Source: Octopus vulgaris
Lineage: Eukaryota
Reading direction: 5' to 3'
Length of the DNA stretch: 64,000 nt
NCBI GenBank assembly: GCA_951406725.2
Contig: OX597825.1
Location: 41,044,001-41,108,000, forward strand
Part shown: positions 12,560-25,470 of the stretch, in pieces
How the letters are laid out: each line of letters opens with the position of its first letter
How positions within the stretch are numbered: the stretch's first letter is position 1
Notes under the pieces: generated by a model
Seen by the model: only the letters and a program-made list of their open reading frames with translations
Databases searched by the model: none
Told to the model about the DNA's origin: nothing
Position numbers and translations under genes: made by a program

Positions 12560-13566
12560 TAAGATGATGGTTCTGCTGAGACTTTTGTTGGCTTGTCAGC
12601 AGTATAATGCATCAGTTCTGGTGCAGAGCTCAGTTTTCCCTTCAGAGTCCGAAACACTGTTTCTTGAGGCAGGTCCCATGTCCAAGTAATTTCCTATTTT
12701 TAGTAGATCCTGAAGTGGTTTAGTCATCTCTGCTAAATTCTCAGTGAATTTGCCATACCGAGCAACCTTCTTAGCTCAGACACATTTTGTGGTCAGGTCA
12801 ATTCCTTTATTGCTTTTACTTTCTCAGGATTTACTCATATTTCCTTTTTTGGATACTATATGACTCAGAAATTTCACCTCACAAGCAGAGAGTATACAAT
12901 TTTCATTTAGTGTTACCCCTGCTGATTTCATTCTTTGTAGTACCTTTTGTACCCTCTGGTCATGCTTTTGTTGTGTTTTTCCACTGACCAGGACAACATC
13001 TATGTTACAAATGACCCCTGATATTCCTAACACAATGTGTGACATTTCTCTGTGGAAAAGTTCTAGTTTGGAGCTTATTCCGAAAGGTATCCGTAAATAA
13101 TAGAATCATTCATACGGTGTGAAGAAAGTGGTAAGTTCCTGTGAGTCTTCATGCAGGACTATTTGGTGGAAACCACTGTTACAGTCAAGTTTCATGAACA
13201 CTGTGGCTCCTTCAAGTTCAGCAAGAAGTTGATAAGTTGAAAGAAGTGGAAAATTTTCCCTTTTCACACTTTCGTTTAATTTAGAGTAGTTGACACAAAG
13301 TCTGACTTCCATCATTGTCCGGGACCACTAAAATGGGAGCACACCAGTCTGTCAGGAGCTTCAATGGATGGATAATTTTCTCTTTTTCCAATCACTTTAA
13401 ATCTTGCTGAACTCTCTTCTTCATGGGAAGTGGTAGCCATCTGGGGGCAGTGATTGAGAAAGGTTGAGCTGTTTCATCCAAAGGAATTTTGTATACATGC
13501 CTCAATTTCACTAAGCCTGTAAACACACTGGGTAATTTTTTTATAATATAGATTTTACTCAATAAA
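12560..13566 (-). mobile_element. Ty3/gypsy pol remnant (reverse transcriptase)
   Basis: VRLCVNYSKLNESVKRENFPLL...FMKLDCNSGFHQIVLHEDSQELTTFFTP and GVICNIDVVLVSGKT (decayed YxDD). Confidence 0.9.
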
Positions 13567-15047
13567 CTAGCTTAAGGTGACCCGCTCTATGCGCGGGTAA
13601 GAGTGTGGTTGTTACTTTCTGTTGCTTCCTTTCTGTTTTTATCACCACATTCTCCCTCTTTGTTTCTCTCTCCTTTCTCTCTTACTCTTCCTTGCTTTCG
13701 GACTATCGCTCGCTTTCTCTTACTCTCTGTCTTTCTCTATCTCTCTCTCCCATTTATAACCAACAAAAGATCTTGGGTAAGTTGAGAAATAAAAAATATT
13801 TTGAAAGATCACTCATAAATATCATGCAGTGACAACGGAAAGGTCTGCTTCAAGGCAGACAGCAAAACACTAACATTTAAAAGGGACAGAGGAACTTGCG
13901 AGCTGAATAAGAATGAAAAAATATTGGAAACCAAAGTTTGAAGGGATAGAATCTGAGGATAATAGAGTCACCATGGCAGGCATTTCTTAACAACGGACAG
14001 CAACGTAGTGGCAGTTTAACGGCTGGCGTAAAATTTTGAACTTGATGTAAAAGAAAATTCCTAAACATCAAGTTTTGAAGTGATTCTTTCACATGACAGT
14101 AGAGTCACCATGGCAAACATTCAAAACTTCTTCATCGTGGACGGCAACACATTGACGATTTAAAGGCTGGCACAAATTTTTTAGCTTGATGTAACAGAGA
14201 TTTCCTAAACAACCACTCCTGTAAATTTTAATCCCCTTCCAGCCCCATTTAGACCCCTTTTCACATTTTGGTTAATATAACCCGATTTCATTCTGGTCTA
14301 CTCGGGCCACATTTTATAAGATAAGGAATTTTGTCCTAGAGGTCATACCTTTCATTTGAGGAAAAAAAAATATTTGCCATGCAAACTCCCAGCACTTTTA
14401 ACATAGGTGTGTATATTTTCAGCTCAGCCGACCAGATAATGCACACACTATATATATATATATGTACATATATACGCATTGTATATATATGTGTGTGTGT
14501 GTACGCATTATATATACAAATTATATATATATATACATATATATATAAATACAGATATATACACTTTGTATATATATATATATTTATATATAGAACACAC
14601 ACACACATATATAAATTAACCCAATAAATATCTGATTCATAATATTTGTTCTCATGATTGTGTGGTGGTTGTGGCGATGACAATTCTCTCTATGAATGCA
14701 GACAAACGTAGAGAGAGAGAGAGTGAGTGACAACGCTGTTCGCAAGTGTTGGGGGAAAGATAGTGGACGCTGTCAAGCGACGTTATAGAGAGAAAGTGAT
14801 GGGAAGGGAGGAGACAGAGGAAGACAGGCAGATAAAAGAATGGGAGGAGACTTGTCAAAGTGTGCGTTTTTTGCCTTAGTGACCACAACTTTTAAGATAG
14901 GGATTTCTAAGCTAGCCCACTCACATCCCCACCTCATTTTACATGTCCCTGTAAATTTTGGAGTCAATCCGACAGGATCTAGTGCCCTTCAACCCGTTCC
15001 AATGCCAAAACCAGACAAACAAACTTTTCACATTTCAGATTTATAGA
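13567..15047 (-). mobile_element. Non-autonomous Helitron nested in the gypsy element
   Basis: Minus strand starts A|TCTATAAATC..GTTTGTTTG and ends with hairpin ACCCGC gcataga GCGGT-type stem (ACCCGC/GCGGGT), about 9 nt, then CTAG|T. AT target, no TSD; gypsy sequence resumes on both sides. Confidence 0.85.
13962..14210. repeat. Internal tandem duplication of about 137 bp within the Helitron
   Basis: TAGAGTCACCATGGCA...GGCTGGC...CTTGATGTAA...TTCCTAAACA occurs twice. Confidence 0.85.
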
Positions 15048-15507
15048 TATTGATTGAGAGCTTTGATTGCTAGTTCACCCAATAATGGTTCAACTAAGTC
15101 TTGCACAACATACAGTTCCTGTTGCAACATTGATTTCCCATAACTCAATGTGGCATCTATGTGTCCAAGTACTTTTATTTTGTGTTGACCTGGCTTTATA
15201 ACCTTTTGTTTGTAGGTTTTATTATTGGAGAATTCTTCCTGAAGAACCGGTCAGGTACTACTGTCACATCTGTGCAGATATCCAGTCTAAATTCGACAAT
15301 TTTGCTGCAGACTTTGGTGGTGACTTCTATTTTTGCTTGCCATTCTATCTTATTGTCTTCACAAACTGCATTTATATTTTCCAAAGAAACATAACCTAAG
15401 AAATGATGTTCTTCCTCTTCAACTACACAAACTCTTGAAAAGTTATTGCAAACATTTGTATAGTGTCCTATTTTCGAACACCCACTGCATCTTGTTGTTG
15501 AGGTGGG
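15048..15507 (-). mobile_element. Ty3/gypsy gag zinc knuckle and aspartic protease remnant
   Basis: Minus strand CSGCSKIGHYTNVC (CCHC knuckle) and IVEFRLDICTDVTVVP (decayed LDTGAD). Confidence 0.85.
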
Positions 15508-15860
15508 GCATGATCATCTTTGGGACATAAGTAATGTGTGTGTATAGTGGTGAAAATCGGTTGCGAATTGTGGAAATGTATGCATTCAGTGTTCCTAGTC
15601 AATTTAATCTCCATCGCAAGTGGACAGACGAAATAAATAGACAAAACCCTTTCGCTTTTATAAAAAGATTCAAATTTATGGAAGACCCTACATACAAAAA
15701 AACTATGTACATTTACGCAGGAGCTCTGGGCAAAATGTTATAGTGCATGACCATCCTTGGGACATAAGTAATGTGTGCATAAAGTTTGGTGAAATCAGTT
15801 GAGAATTGTGGAAATGTATGCATTAATCATTATACACACACATACTGTTATTTAGATACA
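15508..15860 (-). mobile_element. Two Helitron-like 5' terminal fragments in tandem
   Basis: CATGA.CATC.TTGGGACATAAGTAATGTGTG...AATTGTGGAAATGTATGCATT is duplicated. The first copy ends ...GCTTTTATAAAAAGA|T (5'-TC on minus). Confidence 0.5.
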
Positions 15861-16960
15861 TCAGATAAGCAAATTGAAATTAAAAACAGAAACAGGAAAA
15901 ACAACAAAAGTCAAAAGGACAAATACAGTGAATATATTAGTTTGACACTCAGAGATAGTTTAAGATGGAAAAAAGAGGGATGTGATGTTTCAAGCATGGG
16001 TCTTTGCCAGACAGAGGAAAGAAGTAAACGACCAAGAGAGAAAGGAAAGAATAGTCAGAGAAAAGCATGTATGTCATTTATTGGCAGAAGAATAACTGAC
16101 CAGTAGTGGAGAGATAAAGAAAGTGGTTTTCAAAGGGTGGAGAATGCAAAAATGGGCAGTGTGTGTGCACATGGGAAATATGTTTGTAGTATGAGGGTGA
16201 TGTAATTTATATATATAGGTGTGTGGAAGTGTGTAGAAGATAAATTAAGAATAAGAACATTTAAATTTTTTTTAATTAAAAACAATTAAAAAAGAAATTA
16301 TATTTGAATTTTTAAGTTAATTTTTAAATTTAATTTTAAAAAATTAGATTAGATTTTTAAATGATTAAATCAAATTTTTAAAAACATTTAATCAAATTAA
16401 ATTTTTTTAAAATCGAATTATATTTAAAAAATAATGGTAAAAAATAAAATGAAACAATAAAAATATGGAGAATGGAAGCTGATACAGGAAGAAGATAGGT
16501 GTTAAGTCCAAACAGTGTGTTTGGAGAATGAAGATGTAGCACTGTTTTTGGCCAAGTCAAGTGGTGGTGGTTTCATGGTGCAAGGATAGGCTGAAGACAG
16601 TGAGGTGTTCAGATGAGCGGCAGGGGTACTTTTTGGAGTTGGATAACCGATAGTTGTTCTGTAAATCTCTCAGCAAGATGACAACCAGACTGACCAACAT
16701 ATAAAGAGTCAAAAAGGGTGCAGTTGGGGCAAAAGACAATGACAGAAGAGATACATGGGAAAGTATCCCAATGCAAGTCGTGTGTTGGTTGGTTCCCGTA
16801 AAGGAGGTGGTGTTAGTGATGAACGGACGGGTGTGGTAATGAGGTCTGATGCAAGGGAAGGATATTGGATGGATGTGGGTGGGGAAGGGAAGGGCACTAT
16901 GGACCAGTAAGTCATGTAAGATGCATGCAGATTTCAAGGCTGGGATGAGGGAAACATGAA
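15860..16960 (-). mobile_element. Penelope-like element 3' remnant (GIY-YIG endonuclease plus pLTR with decayed HHR)
   Basis: Minus frame CISSVIVFCPNCTLFDSLYVGQSGCHLAERFTEQL. The terminal repeat is similar to 37790-37990, with a decayed HHR at about 15975-16018. Confidence 0.7.
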
Positions 16961-16964
16961 GGAT

Positions 16965-17465
16965 GGTAGTTAGCTTCCCAGCTACATGGTTCTGGGCTCA
17001 GTCCAATTGCATGGCATTTTGGGGAAGTGTCTTCTACTATAGCCTTGAGCCAACCAAAGCCTCGGGAGTGAATTTGGTAGATGGAATCTAAAAGAAGCCT
17101 ATCTTGTGTGTGTGTGTGTGTGTGTGTGTGTCTGTCTGTCTGTCTTCTGTCTGTGTCTGTGCCTGTCTCTCTTCTGTATGTGTGTCTGTGAGTGTGTGTG
17201 CATACATGCGTGTGTGTGTGTGTGTAGGAAGAGTTTTTGTGTCCATGTTTATCCCCTTTCATCACTTGACACGAACTGTTGGTATGCTTACATTCCCATA
17301 ACTTAGCATTTCAACAAATGAGGCCAATAATATATACCAGGCTTAAAAAAAGAAAAAGTACTGAGATCGATTTGTTCAACTAAATTTCTTTAAGATGATG
17401 ATGCCATAGTATGGCCACAGTCTAATGACTGAAACAGGTAAAGGAGAAAAAATAAAAGATAAACT
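16965..17465 (+). mobile_element. tRNA-derived SINE with internal (TG)n
   Basis: AGCTTCCCA..CATGGTTCTGGGCTCAGTCC...CAAAGCCT..GTGAATTTGGTAGATGGAA...ATGACTGAAACAGGTAAAG. Confidence 0.85.
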
Positions 17466-17737
17466 ATATACTTGTATCTGAGCAGAATCTATATGTTTAT
17501 TAATATTTCATTTGTCACTACGAGAGCAAAATTTCACATTCGTATTGACATTATGACTAATTGGTTTGTACCACCTAAGACCTGTGGAATATAAATTCTT
17601 TACTTGAAAAGCAAACCTGAGGGTTTGTGACAAGAAGAGAATCAGGCTGTAAAACCTAAGCTCTAACAAACTCTTGCCGAAAACGTTATTATGGACAGAT
17701 GGATGTTGAACAAACAAACCATTATATGTATATGTAT

Positions 17738-17865
<128 letters not shown>

Positions 17866-20060
17866 TAGTATTTGACTCATCGATCGTTTCTTCACACTGA
17901 TGCTACTTTCGCAGCATTGACATATCTTGTCAGCTTTCATAAACCCTATGTCCCACACAGATCAGCAAGCATTTTGATATGTGAAGAAAGGTGAAATATA
18001 AAATGCCTTACCAGAAAACCAAGTAAGGGGTGAAAAAGGAAAACAACTTTTGAAGCCACACAATACTGTATCTATAAGTCTTGCTCAACCTATGTCAGCA
18101 CAATAAAAGTAGGCATCAAAATAATATGGATGATGCATTTTCATATGCATCATCTAACAAAATCTAATGACAAGTTAATCTGATCTTAAGAATATATTGT
18201 AGAAAATAGTTGTTCCAAGTGTTGTGCACTGGAATCGAACTCATGACTATTAAGTTGCAAGGCTAACACTTTAACCACACAGTGAAGCCTGCACTGGGAT
18301 TAGTTCCAAGATATCAATGTGTTTAGTGGCTGTTAGTGTCGTTAGTGATGTTAGCATTTCCCACATTTCAATATAAACAGTTGCATCAATTCATTTTGTA
18401 AGAGTTTGATTTCTCTGTCTGGTATCATGTAGAGATAAACATTGCTAGACAATAATTTCACTTTTCTAGAGGGATAACAAACTGATAGATCTTACCATTC
18501 TTTAAATCAAGGTGATACTATCATGCTGATTACCTCAATTTCTTGTGAAATATCTAATATTCACAAGGACTGTAAATACCTCATTACTAGTTGTTGGCAA
18601 TCATTTAACAGATTTCTTTCTTTTTAGGAAGAAGAGATATAAAACTGCTGTTTTCTTAAAACCTTTCCAATTATCACAATAGTGATCCTGATTAATTGTC
18701 CACATCAAAGACAGAAATTACTTTTGCATAAAGAGCATTTTCAATTTTTACTATTTCATTTACTACAAGGTATAATACACATATAAACCTGTGCATGTAT
18801 ACATACATCTTCAAAGGTCTTTTTATTTTGTTTGTCCTTTGTATATAGCAGTAACTGAGTCTTTAATGATAAAAGTAAGATAAAATTGCTTGTGATTCAA
18901 ATTCAGATCAATGGCATATCAAAATAGAATGAAATATCCTATTCTTACTTCTGTTCCATGTTCTCCCTCATCTTTAAAGTAACTAAGCATCAACTACTAA
19001 ATTATTGCCATTGTTTGTAAACCTACATATTATATGGGATACTTTACAGTATCTGCGACACCAAAAGAGGAATTATTATTGTTGTTGCCATGCCAACATT
19101 CTTGATGTTGAAATATTCTGGCAACAAATACAAAAAATTGAAATTGAAGTAAATCATATATTATTTGTGCAAAGTTTCTGCATTTTGTCTTTCATTGAGC
19201 AATTTGAGATATGAAAGTGATGGTAAAATAGCACCACATTTGCCATTAATATCAATATCTTATACTCCACAATTTATTTTTATTTGCTATAATAAAGCAA
19301 AGTTTTAGATTTGAAAGAAAAAGAAAAGAAAAGAAGGAAGCACATATATAACAAGAATTGACATTTTTAAGAGTAATTGGTTTTGTTTCTTACAAAAAGG
19401 AAAGAACCGACTAGACAATATATGAGTCTGGTCACTTAGTTGAAAACAAACACTGCGTATAAGACTTATAGAATATTAAGTTATTTCTCAACACGTGTCT
19501 AATATTTTGAATTAAAACATATTTCGGAAGAAAATTTAGGATACTACGTGCTAGTATCACAGTGTTTGAATCAATTATTGAGAACATTAATGTTGACTTG
19601 ATATTTATTTATCACATTCAGTTTTGTTTCAGCAGCTGATTTAACATTCAAAAATATTTCTGAATGAGTACACCAGATACAGATTGTTCAATTTTGTTGT
19701 ATAATTATTGATGCCATAACAGAGATAATTTTGATTAAATGTAGTTACCATTTAAAATACCTAGTTAAGATCTCTCATGCATGCTTCAAAATCAGACAGC
19801 AATTCTCTCCTATGTTCTCCTTTGGTTGTATATTTTTCAACCTTTTCCTACTGTATATTAATAGTCTTCAGGTGCTTCTTTAAGTCTTTACTATTTAAAC
19901 TGGCCATATCTGGCTCAAATATTCTATCTGGTATATGTCCCAACTGACCAGATCCAACATCTCATACCTACCCTGCAATATCATTCTAGAAATAAATGAC
20001 AAATTCAAAATCTCCCAGCTACACGATTAATTTTTAAAAATGTGAATCTGACAAGCAACC

Positions 20061-20097
<37 letters not shown>

Positions 20098-20140
20098 TCG
20101 TCCTCTTTCATTTTAGAATCTTTACAAGAATATTTTCTTT

Positions 20141-20182
20141 GTATCTGATGAAATTCTCAGAAATTTGCCTGAAATGTTAGAC
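20141..20182 (+). ncRNA. Degenerate hammerhead motif in a pLTR-like fragment next to (TA)n
   Basis: GTAT-CTGATGA-...-GCCT-GAAA-TGTT-AGAC; the core boxes are present but stem II has decayed. Confidence 0.4.
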
Positions 20183-21731
20183 ATTCAACATTTTGGTAAT
20201 TTTTTTCCTCTTCATTTTTGTTCCACATAGTCTCTATTTTTTAAAGCCTAAAAAAGTTTGTTGAAGGAGATATTGCTGTATTATTGAGTAGATTGCCTAT
20301 TTAGATGTCATGTATAACACACACTACCTCATACTATTTCAATTAATGAAAATGTTATATACAAATAAAATAGATCAGAAATGATCACAATGTAATTTTG
20401 TTCAGTATTGTAATATTTCTTCTCTTGCCAACATCACAGTACCAAGGTCATATTAGTTATTTCACAAAAGGTTATATTTTGTGGTTTACAAACTGCAGAT
20501 CAATTTGTTAATTTATTTTATATGTATAATGAAACTGACCCTATTTAAATTATTTTCCTCCTATGTTAATAGAAAAATAAAACAACAAATAGCCAGTATA
20601 GAATTTCACTTTTCTTTTTTTATTCTGTTCTTTGCTACAGATATTTACTCAAATTACATGATCAACGATAAGAAAGCATAACTACTGGTCATGACCTTGT
20701 CATTATAATATTTACATCTGAAATAGTAGCATAAACCAGAAATGTTATAAATTTCATATTCAGAATTATTGATATTCTTTTTTATACAAACATATTAATA
20801 ACATTTATTTGGACTAAGATCAATATTTTACTTTTACATAGAAAAATTACATTTTTAAAAATAACTTTAATTATTTTTTCTTATATTTTTCAAAATCCTG
20901 ATCCTTGGTAAAGTATTGCAGTTGTGAAATGCATTACTGAAGTCAAGTACTGACTATTACAAGAGCTTGGTAACAAAAAGCAATTAGTTTTAAATATCTG
21001 TTAGCCCAGCTCATTGACCAATGACAACTAAATTGTTTCACTTTCAGAACAAAATAGTTTTAACTGATTCAATGAAAATGAGGAGGAGAGGCTAAAAATT
21101 GGAACAACTGTAGCACCCACATGAACAACATCAACAGTAATAACATTAGCAACAACCTCAATTTAATCATCAACCACATAGAAACTTATTTCAGCATCTC
21201 TTGTGAAAGTGTCGAAAATTAAAATGAAATAAAATAATCAAGAAACAGTGATTGGTTTATAAAGAAAATCAATAGATGCATAGGATGTATGCGAATGGGT
21301 GCATGCATGTTTGTAAATTTATCTCAGCATGTGTATGTGTATATATACATATGTATATAGATATACACACACGCACACACATATATATATATATAACAGT
21401 TCATATTATATGTGCCTCTGTGTGTGCATGTTTGAATATATGTCTGTGTATTTGAGTATGTGGGAATGGAATAGGAAAAAATCCATTCCATTTTAGTCAT
21501 ACCAGGAAAAGAAATTCTACCTCAAATCAAATTATTCTGTAAAGTTTATAAATTAAAAAGTATTTCCAAATGTCTCAGAGTTGTCTTTTTGAAAGGGAAG
21601 AATAAAACACCAATATAACCCAATATAAATAACTCCTTTATCTGTTTGTTGTGCTTCACTTTAATGCTGTTATCTTATCTGTTTATGTTATTTTATTACA
21701 CTATGTTCATTAACATATGATTGTGTTCTTT

Positions 21732-21782
<51 letters not shown>

Positions 21783-22544
21783 TTTTACGATTATCTTTTC
21801 TTATACAATGGCGGAAAGTTGATGGAGTAGGCAGAAGAAATTTGGCAAAAACACCTTGCATTATTAATTTACTTCCCTTTCCATTCTCAGTTCAAATCTT
21901 ACCAGGTTCAACATTGACTTTCACTATCCCAAGGTTAATAAAAGAACTACCAACCAAGTAAGCAAATCAAGAAAATTGCTAGGATGTAGGAGAGAAAGCC
22001 GAACATCACTACCATCAGAGAAGTGTCCATTCTACACGGGCAGAAAAAGAATAGCTATGAATTAAGTTCCATGTACCCAGTGTAAACTTACAGACATGTA
22101 AGAATAGTACAGGAAGCAAACTCCTACACAGAAGTAGTTAGCAGTATATGACTACATAAAATAAATGTTTCAAATTACATGAAAACTCTAGAAGTAGTTC
22201 ATAGTTTTTGTTAGTTACACTGGTGACGTGATTTGTGGGGGAGACAAGTGTTCTGAAAGTATTGTAATAAGAGTAAAAACAAGATGGGAAACTACTCCAA
22301 GAGTTATTACCTCAGCTGGTGACAAAGGATTTTCTTACAAGGAGTGAAATGCAGGTTATGTGATGTGTATGCATGAAATGTATTTTGCATGCAGAACTCA
22401 CCTATTGTATACTCCCCGACCCCAAAAATGTGAGAAATTGATAGGAAAGAAATAGAGAAACAGATGAGAGGACAGTTGCAGACACCAGGAAATAATGGAA
22501 ACAGCACTCTTGCAACAAAGAGGAAACTATAATTTCTTTAAAAC

Positions 22545-23200
22545 AAATTAAAAGCATCTGTGCCAGAGAGAAAAAGAGTGCAGCGTGCGAATCTCATTGA
22601 AATATTTCTCTTCTAATGGGGATGGCTTCAGTTTTTCTAATCCCCTCTTTTGTCTGTAGCTGGTGAACTGTTGGCCATTTATTCAGGACATGTTTTATAC
22701 ATCTTATTATTGTTGGTACTACCTTGTTCATAGCTAGTGTTTCCAGGTTACATGTGTGAGGACTACTGTCAAAAGCCTTCTGGTAATCAACCCAAGCTAT
22801 GCTTAGACTCTCCTTTTTTCTTTCAGTTTACTTCAGTTATGGCTTATTGCTCAATAACTGATTTTAACAGCCATATGAACCTTTATAGCATCCCTTTTGC
22901 TCTTCTGGAAACCGGTTATTTACTTCTAGATGCCTGCCCATTCTCTGTAATATTATTGCAGTTAAGGCATTGTGAATTGTAAGGAGACATGTTATGGGTC
23001 TGTAGTTTTGCAGATTTGTAGTTTCAATATATTTTAGAATTAGGATGTATTTTTCCCCTTCTGTATGCTATATTCAGTGTCATTTGTTGTGACTCTTGTA
23101 TTTCTTTGATATAAAGTACACAAATGTACAGTCAGAAATAAACCTGATAATTAAGCTCATGGTTTAGCTGCATCTTCTGTTTTAAAGATAGAGGAAGTAG
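22545..23200 (-). mobile_element. R4/Dong-clade LINE RT fragment
   Basis: Minus translation NPQNYRPITCLL...LEVNNRFPEEQKGCYKGSYGC...SLSIAWVDYQKAFDSSPH. Confidence 0.8.
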
Positions 23201-23305
23201 TGTTATAAATTTCTCCTTTCTCCTGATATGCCCAACTGAATATGTTGTACTACGTTATGTTAGACAAAATCTATTCTGCTCCAACTGTTCATACACAGAA
23301 ATATT

Positions 23306-23512
23306 TGAGGGGATGCTGCAAAGTTCCTGATTTTAAGGATATCACAAAAGACTGGTTGGAGGCCCAACCTTCCTGTTTCTTTCACAGGGCTTAGAAAAAT
23401 TTGAAGGAACACTACAATAAGTGAGAGGGAAACATGCTGAATAAAATCATAATTAACTTATCTGCACGTATTTTCTTTTAACCAAAGCCAGGAACTTTTT
23501 AGCACCACATCA
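23306..23512. mobile_element. Mariner-derived MITE
   Basis: TIRs TGAGGGGATGCTGCAAAGTTCCTG / CCAGGAACTTTTTAGCACCACATCA; about 205 bp, no ORF. Confidence 0.75.
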
Positions 23513-24149
23513 TATATGTTTCTCTTCAATCTTTATTGGATTAACTCCTATAGCAAATAAATGCTATTGAGTTTTACAAAATTCTCCCATCTACATTTTT
23601 CTTGTATCTGTGATTGGTCCAAAAAGCTTACCTGTTTATTTAATACTGAAGGAAGGACTACTGTCTTCACACAGTTTCTCTCTGAATTACCTACTGAATA
23701 TGAAATTGCATAAGAAATACTAGAGCTATCATTTTTGTTGATTTGGGCCCTGTTTCTATGGCTGTCTCCCAAATTACTTATTTGTGTATTTGGGACATTT
23801 TCTCCAGTTAAATTTTCAATATACTTTTCATTTTCATTTCTCCATTTAGTTGTGTTTGTCTACATTTAGCCATAGTAGATTTTTGCTGTGTGGCATAGCT
23901 ACACATTGTTACTTTTGGATATGAAAACACAATGTGTGTAAATAATAGTATAAAAGTTTGTGAAACAAATATCTTTTTATCAGTTGTTGTTTACCCCTGG
24001 GTATTGGGAGCAGGCATTCCATAGACAATTCTTTTTATAAGTCCAAAGAAATATTTCACTTGACAATGCTTGAATGAAATGTTTTCCAAAGAAGCATCAA
24101 AAACCACACTTTCCCACTACATGAGTTGAATACCACTACAATAGTAATA

Positions 24150-24615
24150 ATAATAATCCTTTCTATTATAAGAAGAAGGTTTGTAATTTTGGGGGACAAA
24201 GGGCTAGTCTATTACATTGACCCCAGTAGTCATTTGGTAGTTATTTCATCAACCCCAACCATTCAGCTGGTAGTTATTTCCTCACCCCCCAAAAAAAAGG
24301 CAAAACAGAATCTGAACTCTGAACGTAAAGACTGACAAAATGCCACTAAGGTCGGCATATTAACATTTCTACCAGCTCACCACCTTTACTACAATAATAA
24401 TAATCCTTTCCACTATAGGTGCAAGGCCTGAAATTTTGGGGTAAGGGGCTGGTCACTGTAATCGAGCCGTTGTTCAAATGGCACTTATTTTATTGACCCC
24501 CAATATGAAGAAAGGCAAAGCTGACCTTGGTGTTTGAACTCAGAATATAAAGATAGACAAAATACCACTGAGCATTTTGCCTGATGTGCTATTGATTCTA
24601 TCATCTTCTTGCCTT
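24150..24615. mobile_element. Two adjacent SINE copies flanked by (AAT)n
   Basis: TAATCCTTTC.A.TATA.G...ATTTTGGGG...TTGACCCC...GAACTC.GAA..TAAAGA occurs twice. Confidence 0.7.
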
Positions 24616-24619
24616 AATC

Positions 24620-24830
24620 ATCATCATCATCATCCAGTGTTTTAAGTCCAGGTTTTGTCCCTGTTAACAGGGGTGGTTTGATTTACCTCAATGCCATAGC
24701 AACCACCCTCACACCATCTTGCCATCTTGCTCTTTTTTAGGCGTCCTCCATTCTTACACCAGCCCACCCAATCTCCTCCTCCACCTGTCCTCTCCACGTT
24801 TTCCTCTGTCTACCTTGCTTTCTCAGTCCA
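24620..24830 (-). mobile_element. RTE-like LINE 3' end
   Basis: Minus strand has a basic RG.RG..RW C-terminus-like stretch followed by a (GAT)n tail. Confidence 0.5.
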
Positions 24831-25234
24831 TGATAATAACTACCTGGACCCATGAAAAATTCACGGAAAATATTAAAAATGTAAGCATCTGTAAATTATG
24901 TGATGGTGCCATGAGAAATGTTTCTATATTGTGACAGTTACAGAATATAGAAAGAAGTGTAAAACCGATAACTATATAATCCAACCAAAATATCTCAGTT
25001 ATGCAAACGTAAACAGAATTTCTATTTAGCCTTAAAATACATCATACATATTCAAAGAACCTTCTTGGTTTAATGGTACAGAACGCTCTTCCGATATTCT
25101 TTTATTCTTTTACTTGTTTCAGTCATTTGATGTTGGCCATGCTGGAGCACCACCCTTTAGTCAAAGAGTTCAACCCATGGATTTATTCCCTGTAAGCCTG
25201 GTGCTTATTCTATGAGATATATTACGGGGATACG

Positions 25235-25470
25235 ATATGCTAATGGCATGCATGACTATAGAGTACTCAGCTCTTAACTAGTAGTGGTTCTGAGTTTCGA
25301 TTCCAAGCAGTGACCTGAACAATAACAATAATAATAATAATAATAATAACATCAAAAATACCTTAGGAATGAAAACCCAGGTTTGTAATTTCCCCAAGAC
25401 ACCTGAAGAAGGCTGGAGGGTATATCAGACGAAACGTTGAGGACAAATATCCGTCGAATGTAAATAATGT
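25235..25470 (+). mobile_element. Penelope pLTR-derived module: tRNA-like box, (AAT)n, hammerhead motif
   Basis: TTCGATTCC.AGCAGTGACC, (AAT)n, AAAATACCTTAGGAATGA, then ACAC-CTGAAGA-aGGCTG..CAGAC-GAAACGTT at 25399-25438. Homologous to 52245-52480 (-). Confidence 0.75.

Noticed and set aside
16255-16465. Extremely AT-rich block with self-complementary runs
   Set aside because: Low-complexity sequence; pairing is expected by chance.
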